A stretch of 64,000 bases of DNA from Candidatus Bathyarchaeota archaeon (GTDB taxonomy: Archaea > Thermoproteota > Bathyarchaeia > Bathyarchaeales > Bathycorpusculaceae), in assembly GCA_963828195.1 (NCBI GenBank), contig CAWHDT010000003.1, forward strand, positions 288,001 through 352,000, in the 5' to 3' direction. A model generated the notes under the pieces. That model was not told the origin of the DNA and did no database searches. It worked only from the letters and a program-made list of their open reading frames with translations. Below are positions 10,131-18,570 of this stretch, piece after piece (the stretch's first letter is position 1; each line of letters opens with the position of its first letter). Both the position numbers and the translations under genes were made by a program.

Positions 10131-10700
10131 ATGGATGACGTTGATAGGAAAATAATGGCAAAACTGCAGGTGGACGGAAGAGCACCATTAAACGAAATTT
10201 CAAAAGACATTGGTTATACAAGCATGGGGACAAAGAAAAGATTGGAAAAAATGCTTAAAAAGGGAACAATCAAGGTATCTGCCCTTCTAAACCCAGATGC
10301 ACTTGGCTTGCATCCAGCCATAGTGATGCTTGAAATGGACAGTGCAGAAGCTATGCAGAACTTGCTCGATCGCTTCAAAGATTGCCCGCGTGTGGTTCAA
10401 ATCTTCAAAACCGTAGGTGGATTCAACCTCATAGCCTTAGTTTATGCAGAAAATAATGAAACGCTTGAAAGCATATCGATGGAAAAATGCTCAATGCGGA
10501 GCGCCCCTGGAATCCGCAGATCAGAGTTCTACCCCATTAGCGATACTTTCTTCTCACCTTACTTGCAGATTAGAGAAACGTTGGCACACAAAGGAACAAC
10601 GGTTGCTCCGTGCAGTGTTAATTGTGATCCTTGTGTGCGATACAAAGCTGGAAAATGCGTCGGTTGCCCAGCAACTAACAAATACAAAGGAACAGTGTAA
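10131..10700 (+). CDS. Lrp/AsnC-family regulator with C-terminal Cys cluster
   Basis: DDVDRKIMAKLQVDGR HTH; C-terminal CSVNCDPC..KCVGCP. Confidence 0.88.
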   Translation: MDDVDRKIMAKLQVDGRAPLNEISKDIGYTSMGTKKRLEKMLKKGTIKVSALLNPDALGLHPAIVMLEMDSAEAMQNLLDRFKDCPRVVQIFKTVGGFNLIALVYAENNETLESISMEKCSMRSAPGIRRSEFYPISDTFFSPYLQIRETLAHKGTTVAPCSVNCDPCVRYKAGKCVGCPATNKYKGTV

Positions 10701-10840
10701 ACAGGAATATTGAAAAGCAAACTATGCCTAACAGACCTTGTTTATTTCTTAGTAAACCCTTCAAACCAATCTTGATGGATTTCGCATAAGCAATTGAGAG
10801 TAAGTCAATGCAAAATCATAACGAACGCGCCAGGTTCACC

Positions 10841-10877
10841 GCCGTCTGCATGGCTCAACGTTGAAAGTTGCAAGGTG
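10841..10877 (+). repeat. Direct repeat, left copy, flanking the antiporter pair
   Basis: gccgtctgcatggct-caacgttgaaagttgcaaggtg; 34/38 identical to 13762..13799. Confidence 0.8.
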
Positions 10878-10914
10878 AGATCTGAAGATAACATAGATCG
10901 AGAATTAATGTTAT

Positions 10915-12147
10915 TTAAGCGTTGTTTATTGCTACAGGGTTCTTTGGGTTCATTTTCCATTGCCTCATATTTAGTACCGAGCCGACTGCTGTCACTATGT
11001 TAGTAAGAATTATTACGTAGGTTACAATGTTCAGGAAGGTGTTTGCATGTGGCAACTGTAGACCTACAGCGAGAACAGCAAGTGTGGCAGGCGTCAGACC
11101 CATAGCACATGTGAGCAAAATCTGGCTTCTTTCTTTGTTCAGTTCAGATTTGAAAGTTGAGATTTTCACGGCTACAAACCGAGTTGCAAGAAGCATCACA
11201 AGAATCAGAAGACCTATTGACAAGTTGCTGACGATTAGAGATGGAGTAATCACGAAAATCAAGCCTAGAAAAAAAGCGAACATAGCGTTGAGCAGAAATG
11301 AAATCTCTTCTTGAAAGCTTTTAAGTTGTTTCTCGAGAAAATCCATGCTTATCTGTCTTCTGAAAAATTTGCTAACGAGATGATAGTTGCCAAGAATTAT
11401 GCCGAAGACGAGTACGGCAAGAATGCCATTGCCACCAAGCACAGTGGTCAAGGAGTATGTAATCAGCACAAAACCTAAGGTCAAAACGTAAGTGAACCTT
11501 TGCGTCTGAAAACGATATAACACGAAAACCCATGCTAAACTCAGAATAACCCCCAGCACTATTCCAATGGAAAACTGAGCGGTAATATTGGAAGCGATGG
11601 AAAGCCAACCGGTTCCGCCGTTAGTGTAGATGCCAACGAAAGCAAAGAAAAACACGACAGAAAAAATGGAGTTCATCGCAGATTCTAGCGTAAGAAATGT
11701 TACAGTTCCATCTGAAAGCCTCATCATTCTAGACAGAGGCACAACTACTGCAGCCGTGGTTTCTCCCCCTATAATGGACGCAAATATGAATGATGACAGT
11801 ACGTTCCATTTCAAGATGAAAATTCCAATAAGCCCAAGAAACACCATGCTCGAACTCACGTAGATTATTGTCTGAATGAAAGCTCGACCGCCGTTTGCAA
11901 GAACTGAGCCAAAATTTAAGTCCAATCCTCCATAAAAGAGAACCATAAGCAAGGTTAATTCTGCGAAAATAGCTAGAACAGGAATTAGCAACTGGCTTGA
12001 GAAGACGTTTAGAACGGGTCCAAGAATGATACCTGCAAGTATGAGAAAAATGAAAAGGGGTATTCCGGTTTTCTTGAAAAATAATTGTCCTACAAAACCA
12101 ATAACAATGATTCCGGCAACCAAGGTAAAAACAGCGGATGCTTCCAT
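10915..12147 (-). CDS. Cation/proton antiporter (CPA1/NhaP-like)
   Basis: KKTGIP, LFYGG, TTAAVVVP, LESAMN, GNGILAV, QEEISF motifs; about 12-13 TM. Confidence 0.88.
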   Translation of the reverse strand: MEASAVFTLVAGIIVIGFVGQLFFKKTGIPLFIFLILAGIILGPVLNVFSSQLLIPVLAIFAELTLLMVLFYGGLDLNFGSVLANGGRAFIQTIIYVSSSMVFLGLIGIFILKWNVLSSFIFASIIGGETTAAVVVPLSRMMRLSDGTVTFLTLESAMNSIFSVVFFFAFVGIYTNGGTGWLSIASNITAQFSIGIVLGVILSLAWVFVLYRFQTQRFTYVLTLGFVLITYSLTTVLGGNGILAVLVFGIILGNYHLVSKFFRRQISMDFLEKQLKSFQEEISFLLNAMFAFFLGLIFVITPSLIVSNLSIGLLILVMLLATRFVAVKISTFKSELNKERSQILLTCAMGLTPATLAVLAVGLQLPHANTFLNIVTYVIILTNIVTAVGSVLNMRQWKMNPKNPVAINNA

Positions 12148-12151
12148 CAGT

Positions 12152-13396
12152 TTACATCTTCTTTTTTCTTTCCCAAAAGAATAAACTGTTTACATCCAGT
12201 CCCTTCTCGATTAAAATTGCTCCCGCTGTTGTGACTATGTTGGTTAGAATGATTACGTAGGTTACGATGTTTACGAAAGTGTTTGCATGCGGCAATTGGA
12301 GGCTTACGGCGAGAATGGCGAGTGTTGCTGGGGTAAGTCCTTGAGCGCACATGAGAAGTATCTTCCTTTTCTCGTTCGCGAACTGTGAATTATAAGTTGA
12401 GGTTCGTGTAGCTACAAATCTGGTTGCAAGAAGCAACAAAAGAATCACGATGGCAATTGATAAGTTAGTTGGAATACGTGACGGGGTAATTGCGAAAGTC
12501 AAACCTAAAGAGACGAATAAAAGAGTTGTGAGTAGAAATGAAATTTCCTGTTGAAAGGCTCCAAGCTGACTTTGAAGGGAATCCAGGTTCATTTGTGTTC
12601 TGAAAAGTTTATTCACGAGGTAATAGTTTCCAAAGACGATGCCGAAGACAAGCACAGCCAGTATGCCGTTGCCCCCAAGCTCGGTTGTCAAGGAGTATGT
12701 GATTAGGATTAGCCCTAAAGTCAGGACGTAGGTGAATTTTTGTTTTTGAAGACGGTAAAGTGTATAGATCCATGCCAGACTCAAGATGGCGCCTAGCACT
12801 ATTCCAACGGAAAATTGTGATGCGACACTAGAAAAGGCTGCGAACAAATTAATTCCCGGGGTAGTGTAGACTCCGACGAAAGCATAGAACAGGACGATGA
12901 GAAAAATAGAGTTTATTTCAGCTTCTATTGTCAGGAAAGATGATGTGGCTTCTGACATTTTCATCCATCTTGAGACTGGTAAAAGTAATGCGGCGGTGGT
13001 TTCGCCAGATACCATGGATGCGAAGATGAAGGATGGCAACACGCCCCATTTCATTACGTAAATGCCTATCGCTCCAATCAGGATAGCGCTTAACCCAACG
13101 TAAATGGCCGCTTGAACAAATGCTCTTTCGCCTCCCGCTATTATCGCAGTGGACTTCAAGCCTAATCCATTGTAAAATAGAACCATAAGAAGTGTCAGCA
13201 CTGCCAATGGTCCAAGCACCGAAATTATCGACTGTCTTGGAAAGATGTTTAGAAGTGGCCCTAGAATGATGCCTGTGATTATAAGAAATATGAAGATGGG
13301 TATGCCTGTTTTCTTGAAGAACAATTCACCTGCAAAACCGATAAAGATAATTCCTGCAACAACTGCAAAAATAACAGTGGCATCCATTTTATCCAC
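12152..13396 (-). CDS. Cation/proton antiporter (CPA1/NhaP-like), tandem paralog
   Basis: Colinear with 10915..12147 (GLTPATLA..LQLPHANTF.NIVTYVIILTNIVT shared). Confidence 0.88.
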   Translation of the reverse strand: MDKMDATVIFAVVAGIIFIGFAGELFFKKTGIPIFIFLIITGIILGPLLNIFPRQSIISVLGPLAVLTLLMVLFYNGLGLKSTAIIAGGERAFVQAAIYVGLSAILIGAIGIYVMKWGVLPSFIFASMVSGETTAALLLPVSRWMKMSEATSSFLTIEAEINSIFLIVLFYAFVGVYTTPGINLFAAFSSVASQFSVGIVLGAILSLAWIYTLYRLQKQKFTYVLTLGLILITYSLTTELGGNGILAVLVFGIVFGNYYLVNKLFRTQMNLDSLQSQLGAFQQEISFLLTTLLFVSLGLTFAITPSRIPTNLSIAIVILLLLLATRFVATRTSTYNSQFANEKRKILLMCAQGLTPATLAILAVSLQLPHANTFVNIVTYVIILTNIVTTAGAILIEKGLDVNSLFFWERKKKM

Positions 13397-13694
13397 TACT
13401 TTTTAATAACTCGTTTTAAGTATTTTTGCTTTTGCTACTTGGCAAAAAAATGTTCTGCTCAGGTCGAAATATTATTAGGGCCAAATGTGGTTTGGTTCGG
13501 AAAGAGCAAAGGTCAAGTGGATTTTTTGCCCTACTTGTTGAACGTTGTTTATCATTCCGGTAACCTGCACTTGGAAGACACGGGGTTTTGCCTCAAAAGA
13601 GAAAAGAATGTAGGCTACTTGGGTACGCTGCTCATTCAGCGTCAACTAAGGGAGATGTTGCATCCGTAAACCCGTTTTTGTCCTGCCGATGAGC

Positions 13695-13915
13695 GGAAGA
13701 GACCAAAAAACGCCCGCGGCTGCTTTCATGCATTAGCTCCAACCCGCCCATAACCGACAGTGCCGTCTGCATGGCTTCAATGTTGAAAGTCGCAGGGTGC
13801 CCATCTCAAAGTCGCAACCCGCAAACGCCTCCTAGCCCCAAACAACCCAAGCACCCCAAAACGCAGAGACCCACAGCGGAAAGTCGCAACTTACGCCCGG
13901 GCGAAGTCGCAACTT
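13695..13915 (+). repeat. Composite intergenic repeat element with four AAGTCGCA motifs
   Basis: Contains matches to 8518..8553 and 10841..10877; aagtcgca at about 13787, 13809, 13881 and 13904. Confidence 0.7.
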
Positions 13916-13977
13916 GAAAAAACAGCAAAAAACAAAAGCTCAAATAAGCTCTATGCGAAAGAAGATGAGCGATTCAA

Positions 13978-14247
13978 ATGAAGATTCTGCTTGATGAAAT
14001 GTATGCTGGTTTGAAAGAGTATTTTGAGGCTTTAGGTTACGAGGTTCTGACGGCTCAGGAATCAGGTTTGAAGAGCGCCAAAGATCGGGACATCGTAGAG
14101 TATGCGGGCAAAAACAATTTGATTCTTGTAACACAGGACCAAAAAGCCGCGGAGCTGGCTGAACTTCTCGGGGTCAAATGCGTCTTTATTTCCAATTTAA
14201 TGATTGCAAAGTTGGTTGATGAAAAAATCAAGCAGCTGACACGTTAA
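13978..14247 (+). CDS. DUF5615/Mut7-C-type PIN-like protein
   Basis: MKILLDEM, LGYEV, D.DIVEYA, ILVTQD. Confidence 0.85.
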   Translation: MKILLDEMYAGLKEYFEALGYEVLTAQESGLKSAKDRDIVEYAGKNNLILVTQDQKAAELAELLGVKCVFISNLMIAKLVDEKIKQLTR

Positions 14248-14786
14248 ATCCAGATGTGCCTTAGGTACTTATTCCACAGATAAGCTGATGCGTAACCCGC
14301 CACAATGCCCGTTGCTGGTCCCATGAACAATACAAGCGCATCAAGCATGGGGCTTCTTTGAATAAATAAGCCGGCGCCTGCACCTGCAAACTGGGGAACC
14401 ATCGAGAACGCAGAGTAACTAATTACTCCAATCAACATCGTGCTTATAGCCATCGCAACAATCAATCTGTTGCGGTTTACTCCTTCACGCGTACCCTTTA
14501 CTCTAAAAATAAACAAAAACGCATCCACTAAAACCCCGAAGAGAAAAGTGAAGAGAAAAGTAAAGGGACCCAAAGCTGGGCTTCCCAGCGCCGTCAGTAA
14601 CCCTCCAACCGCGCCTACGTAGGTGGCGCCGAATTTTTTGATGAAGAGGCTGCTTATGGAAAGAAGAACAGCTTCAACAACGATCAGGACGTAGTTTAGG
14701 GGGGCTGGTAGAAAGACGTTGACGACAAAAATGATTGAGCCGAATAGAGCGATTAGGAATAATTGGCTTAGTCTCTGCGTTTTATG
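14244..14786 (-). CDS. Membrane protein resembling an ECF transporter S-component; no canonical start codon visible
   Basis: Frame open from about 14786 (HKTQRLSQLFLIALFGSIIF...FGATYVGAVGGLL) through ORF 14244..14573; aaggggg RBS-like tract upstream. Confidence 0.65.
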   Translation of the reverse strand, partial: HKTQRLSQLFLIALFGSIIFVVNVFLPAPLNYVLIVVEAVLLSISSLFIKKFGATYVGAVGGLLTALGSPALGPFTFLFTFLFGVLVDAFLFIFRVKGTREGVNRNRLIVAMAISTMLIGVISYSAFSMVPQFAGAGAGLFIQRSPMLDALVLFMGPATGIVAGYASAYLWNKYLRHIWI

Positions 14787-14971
14787 CCCCCTTTATGTAG
14801 CTGTTTACGTTGCTGTCTAAAAAGTTTAATGTAAACGTTGTGGTTTTGTAAGATTTATGCGGTTTTGATGGGTGTTGATTATTTTAAACAGAAAAGAATA
14901 AATCTGCAAGATACAATAATAAATAAACAACATATATTTGACTTATAAGTGTGAAAGGGGATACAGTAAAA

Positions 14972-15724
14972 ATGAGCACTCACGCAGAAGATTTAAAACT
15001 TCGCCTAATGACCATCGAGCTGTTAAGAACAGCGAAATACAAGCGAAACATCACCTATCGGGAATTAGCTTCAAAAACCGATTTGCCAGTCACTGTGCTG
15101 AGCCGCTACGCAAAAGGGCATGTGCTGCCAAACACGACAAGAGCCAAACAGCTTTGGCGAGTTCTAAACAAGATCGTCGGTTTAGAAGCTGAGTTGCGCA
15201 GCAGAATTAAATTTGACGATGCAGGCTACTTCGATAACACTGAAATCGTAGGTGACTACAACATTTTGCAGCAAGCCGCAAACCATGCACTCGCAAATTT
15301 CGCTGGTAAACGAGTTACAAAAGTTTTGACAGCAGCTGTTGACGGCATACCCTTAGCCACTATGGTTGCCAACGCTTTAGGAGTTAATCTTATCGTTGCA
15401 AAACGCAACAAGGAAGTCGGCGTCAAAGCATTCATAGATGAAACATACATTTTAGGGCGAGATTCAGGCGTAACCGTGACGCTCTACATCCCCAAAGAAG
15501 CAATCAAAAAACGCGACAGCGTCCTCATCGTTGACGACATGATAAAGAGCGGCGAAACACAAGAAGCGCTCGTAACCCTCGTGAAGAAGTCCAAAGCTGA
15601 AGTTTCAGGCATATTCTCGCTCATCTCAGTCGGAGAAGAATGGAAAAAACGGTTAAAATCAGGCGAAGACTCCCCAGTGGAAGTTGTCACAGCCCTAAAA
15701 TCGCCCTTTGACCATTCAGCTTAA
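14972..15724 (+). CDS. HTH-fused purine phosphoribosyltransferase-family protein
   Basis: TYRELASKTDLPVTVLSRY HTH; VLIVDDMIKSGET PRPP-binding loop. Confidence 0.88.
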   Translation: MSTHAEDLKLRLMTIELLRTAKYKRNITYRELASKTDLPVTVLSRYAKGHVLPNTTRAKQLWRVLNKIVGLEAELRSRIKFDDAGYFDNTEIVGDYNILQQAANHALANFAGKRVTKVLTAAVDGIPLATMVANALGVNLIVAKRNKEVGVKAFIDETYILGRDSGVTVTLYIPKEAIKKRDSVLIVDDMIKSGETQEALVTLVKKSKAEVSGIFSLISVGEEWKKRLKSGEDSPVEVVTALKSPFDHSA

Positions 15725-15791
15725 ACTCAATCAAGCTTAAGCAAACATTTTTCTTTCCGTTTTTCCAATTTGCCGTTAGGAGTAAACTTAA

Positions 15792-16180
15792 ATGAAGATA
15801 GACCACATCACAATTCTCGTCAAAGACCAGGATGAAGCAGCAAAATTTTACGTTGAAAAGCTTGGATTCAAAAAACAACAAGACACTGTTTTTTGGGGAG
15901 ACATGCGCTGGATCACTGTTTCAGCTCAGAGACCAACCGGACCTCGAGTTAACCCTTGTTAAGGCAGACACGGAAGACAAGCTTAAAGCGGTGGGGAAGC
16001 AGGCGGGAGACCACGTGTTTCTAACTTTGGAGACTGACGATTGCCAAAGAGACTACCATGCGATGAAGGCGAAAGGTGTCAAGTTTTATGGGGAACCAAC
16101 AGAGCAGCTACGGTGTAGAAGTTGTTTTTGAAGATCTCTACGGTAACCTAATTGACCTGATTCAACGAAGCAAACATTGA
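15792..16180 (+). pseudogene. VOC/glyoxalase-family gene with two frameshifts (or assembly errors)
   Basis: MKIDHITILVKDQDEAAKFYVEKLGF...RWITV / DQPDLELTL...GVKFYGEP / YGVEVVFEDLYGNLIDLIQ in successive frames. Confidence 0.85.
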
Positions 16181-16189
16181 TTTTTATTA

Positions 16190-16430
16190 TTTTTTATATT
16201 TTTGGGAAGACTCGCGCGGGATAATATATTCTGAATATTGCTCCACTACTATGATTGGTATTATGTAGATGACCCATTAGAGTAGTGCCGTAAGTATTGC
16301 TTGAAGCCAACCTGTTTGGAAAATAGCTTTGAAAACCTTGATGAAAGCTATTAGCGCTAGTATGTAGCCATACTGCATTGAGAAAGAACCCCACCGGAAA
16401 CGAAACTGTGAAATAAACGTTTGGCCTAGC
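16190..16430 (-). pseudogene. Remnant of a small archaeal membrane protein
   Basis: A frame other than the ORF-track call reads YILALIAFIKVFKAIFQTGWLQAILTALL*WVIYII, with an internal TAA. Confidence 0.5.
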
Positions 16431-16556
16431 CAAAGTTGCAATCAGTACATTTCAAAAAGTCCCTCAATTAATTTTGCTAAAGGTTTAAAGTTTCCTAATC
16501 AACAATTTAGAAAACGTTTAATTAATTCATTTGATAAAGATTGATTAGTGTTTTTT

Positions 16557-16787
16557 ATGGTTAAATATAAAGTTGAAGTTGATTTGAAAACGTGTGTTTC
16601 AACTGCGGCATGTTACGCGACTGATAGAATGCATTTTAAAGCGGGTAAAAATCAGCAGTCCAACGTGGTTGGCGGTCAAACAGATGAAACAAAATCCACC
16701 AATGTATTCGACGATGATAAAATAGGTGATGCTCAAGACGCGGCTAAAGCATGCCCAGTATCCGCCATAACTGTAACACAACAATGA
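16557..16787 (+). CDS. Single-cluster ferredoxin
   Basis: YKVEVD..TCVSTAAC and ACPVSAI; Thr in place of the second Cys suggests a 3Fe-4S type. Confidence 0.85.
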   Translation: MVKYKVEVDLKTCVSTAACYATDRMHFKAGKNQQSNVVGGQTDETKSTNVFDDDKIGDAQDAAKACPVSAITVTQQ

Positions 16788-16850
16788 GCTGCTGATTTCA
16801 TTTAGGTTGAGGCTTTGAAGCTAATCTGTAAAGTAATTTCGCTTTTAATT

Positions 16851-17015
16851 TCAGCTTGGGTTTTTCCGCCAAGTTGAGTAACAAATGGCTGTTATTTGTT
16901 CATTGGAGCGCTTCTCTGCTTCAGATTTGCTGTTGTTTTCTTCATGCATGAATTTTTCGCATCTGGAAATAAAATCTCTTTCAGATTCATTTGCTTTAGG
17001 TTTTGGTGCTGGCAT
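16851..17015 (-). CDS. 54-aa protein resembling the MPxPKP..E...FISRC...AICYS.W domain of viral head/prohead-protease modules
   Basis: Manual translation MPAPKPKANESERDFISRCEKFMHEENNSKSEAEKRSNEQITAICYSTWRKNPS; below the ORF-track cutoff. Confidence 0.7.
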   Translation of the reverse strand: MPAPKPKANESERDFISRCEKFMHEENNSKSEAEKRSNEQITAICYSTWRKNPS

Positions 17016-17127
17016 AAAAAATCACAAATAAAATCCTCTCAAAAACACATTTAACGTTTCGGCTTTATCTGGAAGTTCAACCGAAGAATTTTGCGGAAGC
17101 ATCTGATTCAATTTACAGTTTTGTTTT

Positions 17128-18357
17128 TTAAAGTTGTGCGAATATTCTGAGGTAGTCTTTTAAGTCGTTGATTATTAAAAAGTTGCTTTTCACGTGTTCC
17201 TTCCCGCTAATTCCCATTTGTGTGGCTTCTTCTTTGTGGTTTAAAAGGTAAAGGGTTTTTTCGGCTGCTTCTTCGACGCTTTCTACAAGATAACCATTTG
17301 ATCCATTGATGACTTGAAGTGGGATTCCACCAACGTTTCTTCCAATCACTGGTATGCCTTTCCAGAGAGCTTCGGTTACGCTTAGACCAAACCCTTCACG
17401 CGTTGACATTTGAAGGATAACTTGTGAAGCCCTTTGAAACGCGTTAACCTCAAGGTCTCTCACGCCTTTAAAATCTGTTAAGAAATGGATGTCACCGTCA
17501 TCATCTGCGTGCCGGGCGGTCTTCTCAAAATAAATCCATCCTTCAGGGTCATCAGTCGCCATGCCCGCTATGAGAAGCAATTGGACCTGAGGAACTTCTT
17601 TCTTTACAAGTCTGTAGACGTCGATTACGCCTAATGGATCCTTCCAAGGATCAAAACGCCCGACTTGCGTGATGATTGGTTTTTCAGGATTTACTCCATA
17701 TTTTTTCAAAACCTCAGAAATCTCGTCTGCCGAAATTTCCTTGTTTTTGTCGCTTAAAGGGTCGATTGATGGTGGTCTTATGAATATTTTCGGACCGTTG
17801 AGGCTCGGCATTACATATTTTTGAGAAGTGAAAACTGCGGCGTCGTATCGACTTACATAGGGCTCAAGAAAATTCCAAACGGCAAGATTGGGCGTGGATA
17901 AGTCTATGTGGCATCGCCATATCCACCTGTCGTTCTTTGCGGGAAGAAACTGAATCATGGCGGCGGGTTGATTATCGTGAATGATGACAAAATCAGTGTT
18001 TAAAATTGTCGATTCACTGTTCATCCTATTATACTCCAAGTAAGTTCGCACATCCTCGTCTGAGAGATCCAAACTCATTCCTTGAAGAGCATTATGTATT
18101 TTTTTAGTTACATTGAAGAAATCTACCGAGCCCTTGATAACTTCCCAATGAACATCTAGCCCTACATCCTTCATTATCGGCACCAAATTCTCAAGCAACT
18201 CTGCTACCCCCCCTCCGAAAGATGTAGAATTGACGTGAGTGACCGATTTGCCTTTTAATTGCTCGGCTAAAGCTTTAACCGAATCGACTTCTTCCTGTCC
18301 AACGATCGGAACGTAATCGTCAATTTTGATTTTTCTCAACTGCTCCACCCGCAACAT
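17128..18357 (-). CDS. treT: Trehalose glycosyl-transferring synthase (GT4)
   Basis: HVNSTSFGGGVAE, TKKIHNALQG, WRCHIDLS, RFDPWKD, EGFGLSVTEALWK. Confidence 0.92.
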   Translation of the reverse strand: MLRVEQLRKIKIDDYVPIVGQEEVDSVKALAEQLKGKSVTHVNSTSFGGGVAELLENLVPIMKDVGLDVHWEVIKGSVDFFNVTKKIHNALQGMSLDLSDEDVRTYLEYNRMNSESTILNTDFVIIHDNQPAAMIQFLPAKNDRWIWRCHIDLSTPNLAVWNFLEPYVSRYDAAVFTSQKYVMPSLNGPKIFIRPPSIDPLSDKNKEISADEISEVLKKYGVNPEKPIITQVGRFDPWKDPLGVIDVYRLVKKEVPQVQLLLIAGMATDDPEGWIYFEKTARHADDDGDIHFLTDFKGVRDLEVNAFQRASQVILQMSTREGFGLSVTEALWKGIPVIGRNVGGIPLQVINGSNGYLVESVEEAAEKTLYLLNHKEEATQMGISGKEHVKSNFLIINDLKDYLRIFAQL

Positions 18358-18570
18358 AAAATCACCTTCAAAAATGGCTCGACAAACTAATGCGACAAAT
18401 TAATATTCGTGCCAGAGAATAATAATGTTTGTCCAGCTTTTAGAATCAGCGACCGAAAAATCATTATTTGTTTCAAACTAAGTTTAATTGATTAGCTTCT
18501 CATGCATTGCTTCGGCTTAAGTTGAACGGCGATGATGCAGGCAGGATTATTAAGCAATTTGTGAACGAAA

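Noticed and set aside
13439-13669. 76-aa plus-strand ORF
   Set aside because: No motif or RBS support; it lies in a degenerate intergenic region.
13780-13920. Possible mini-CRISPR from aagtcgcaac repeats
   Set aside because: Repeats are only 8-12 bp with irregular spacing, and no cas genes are present.
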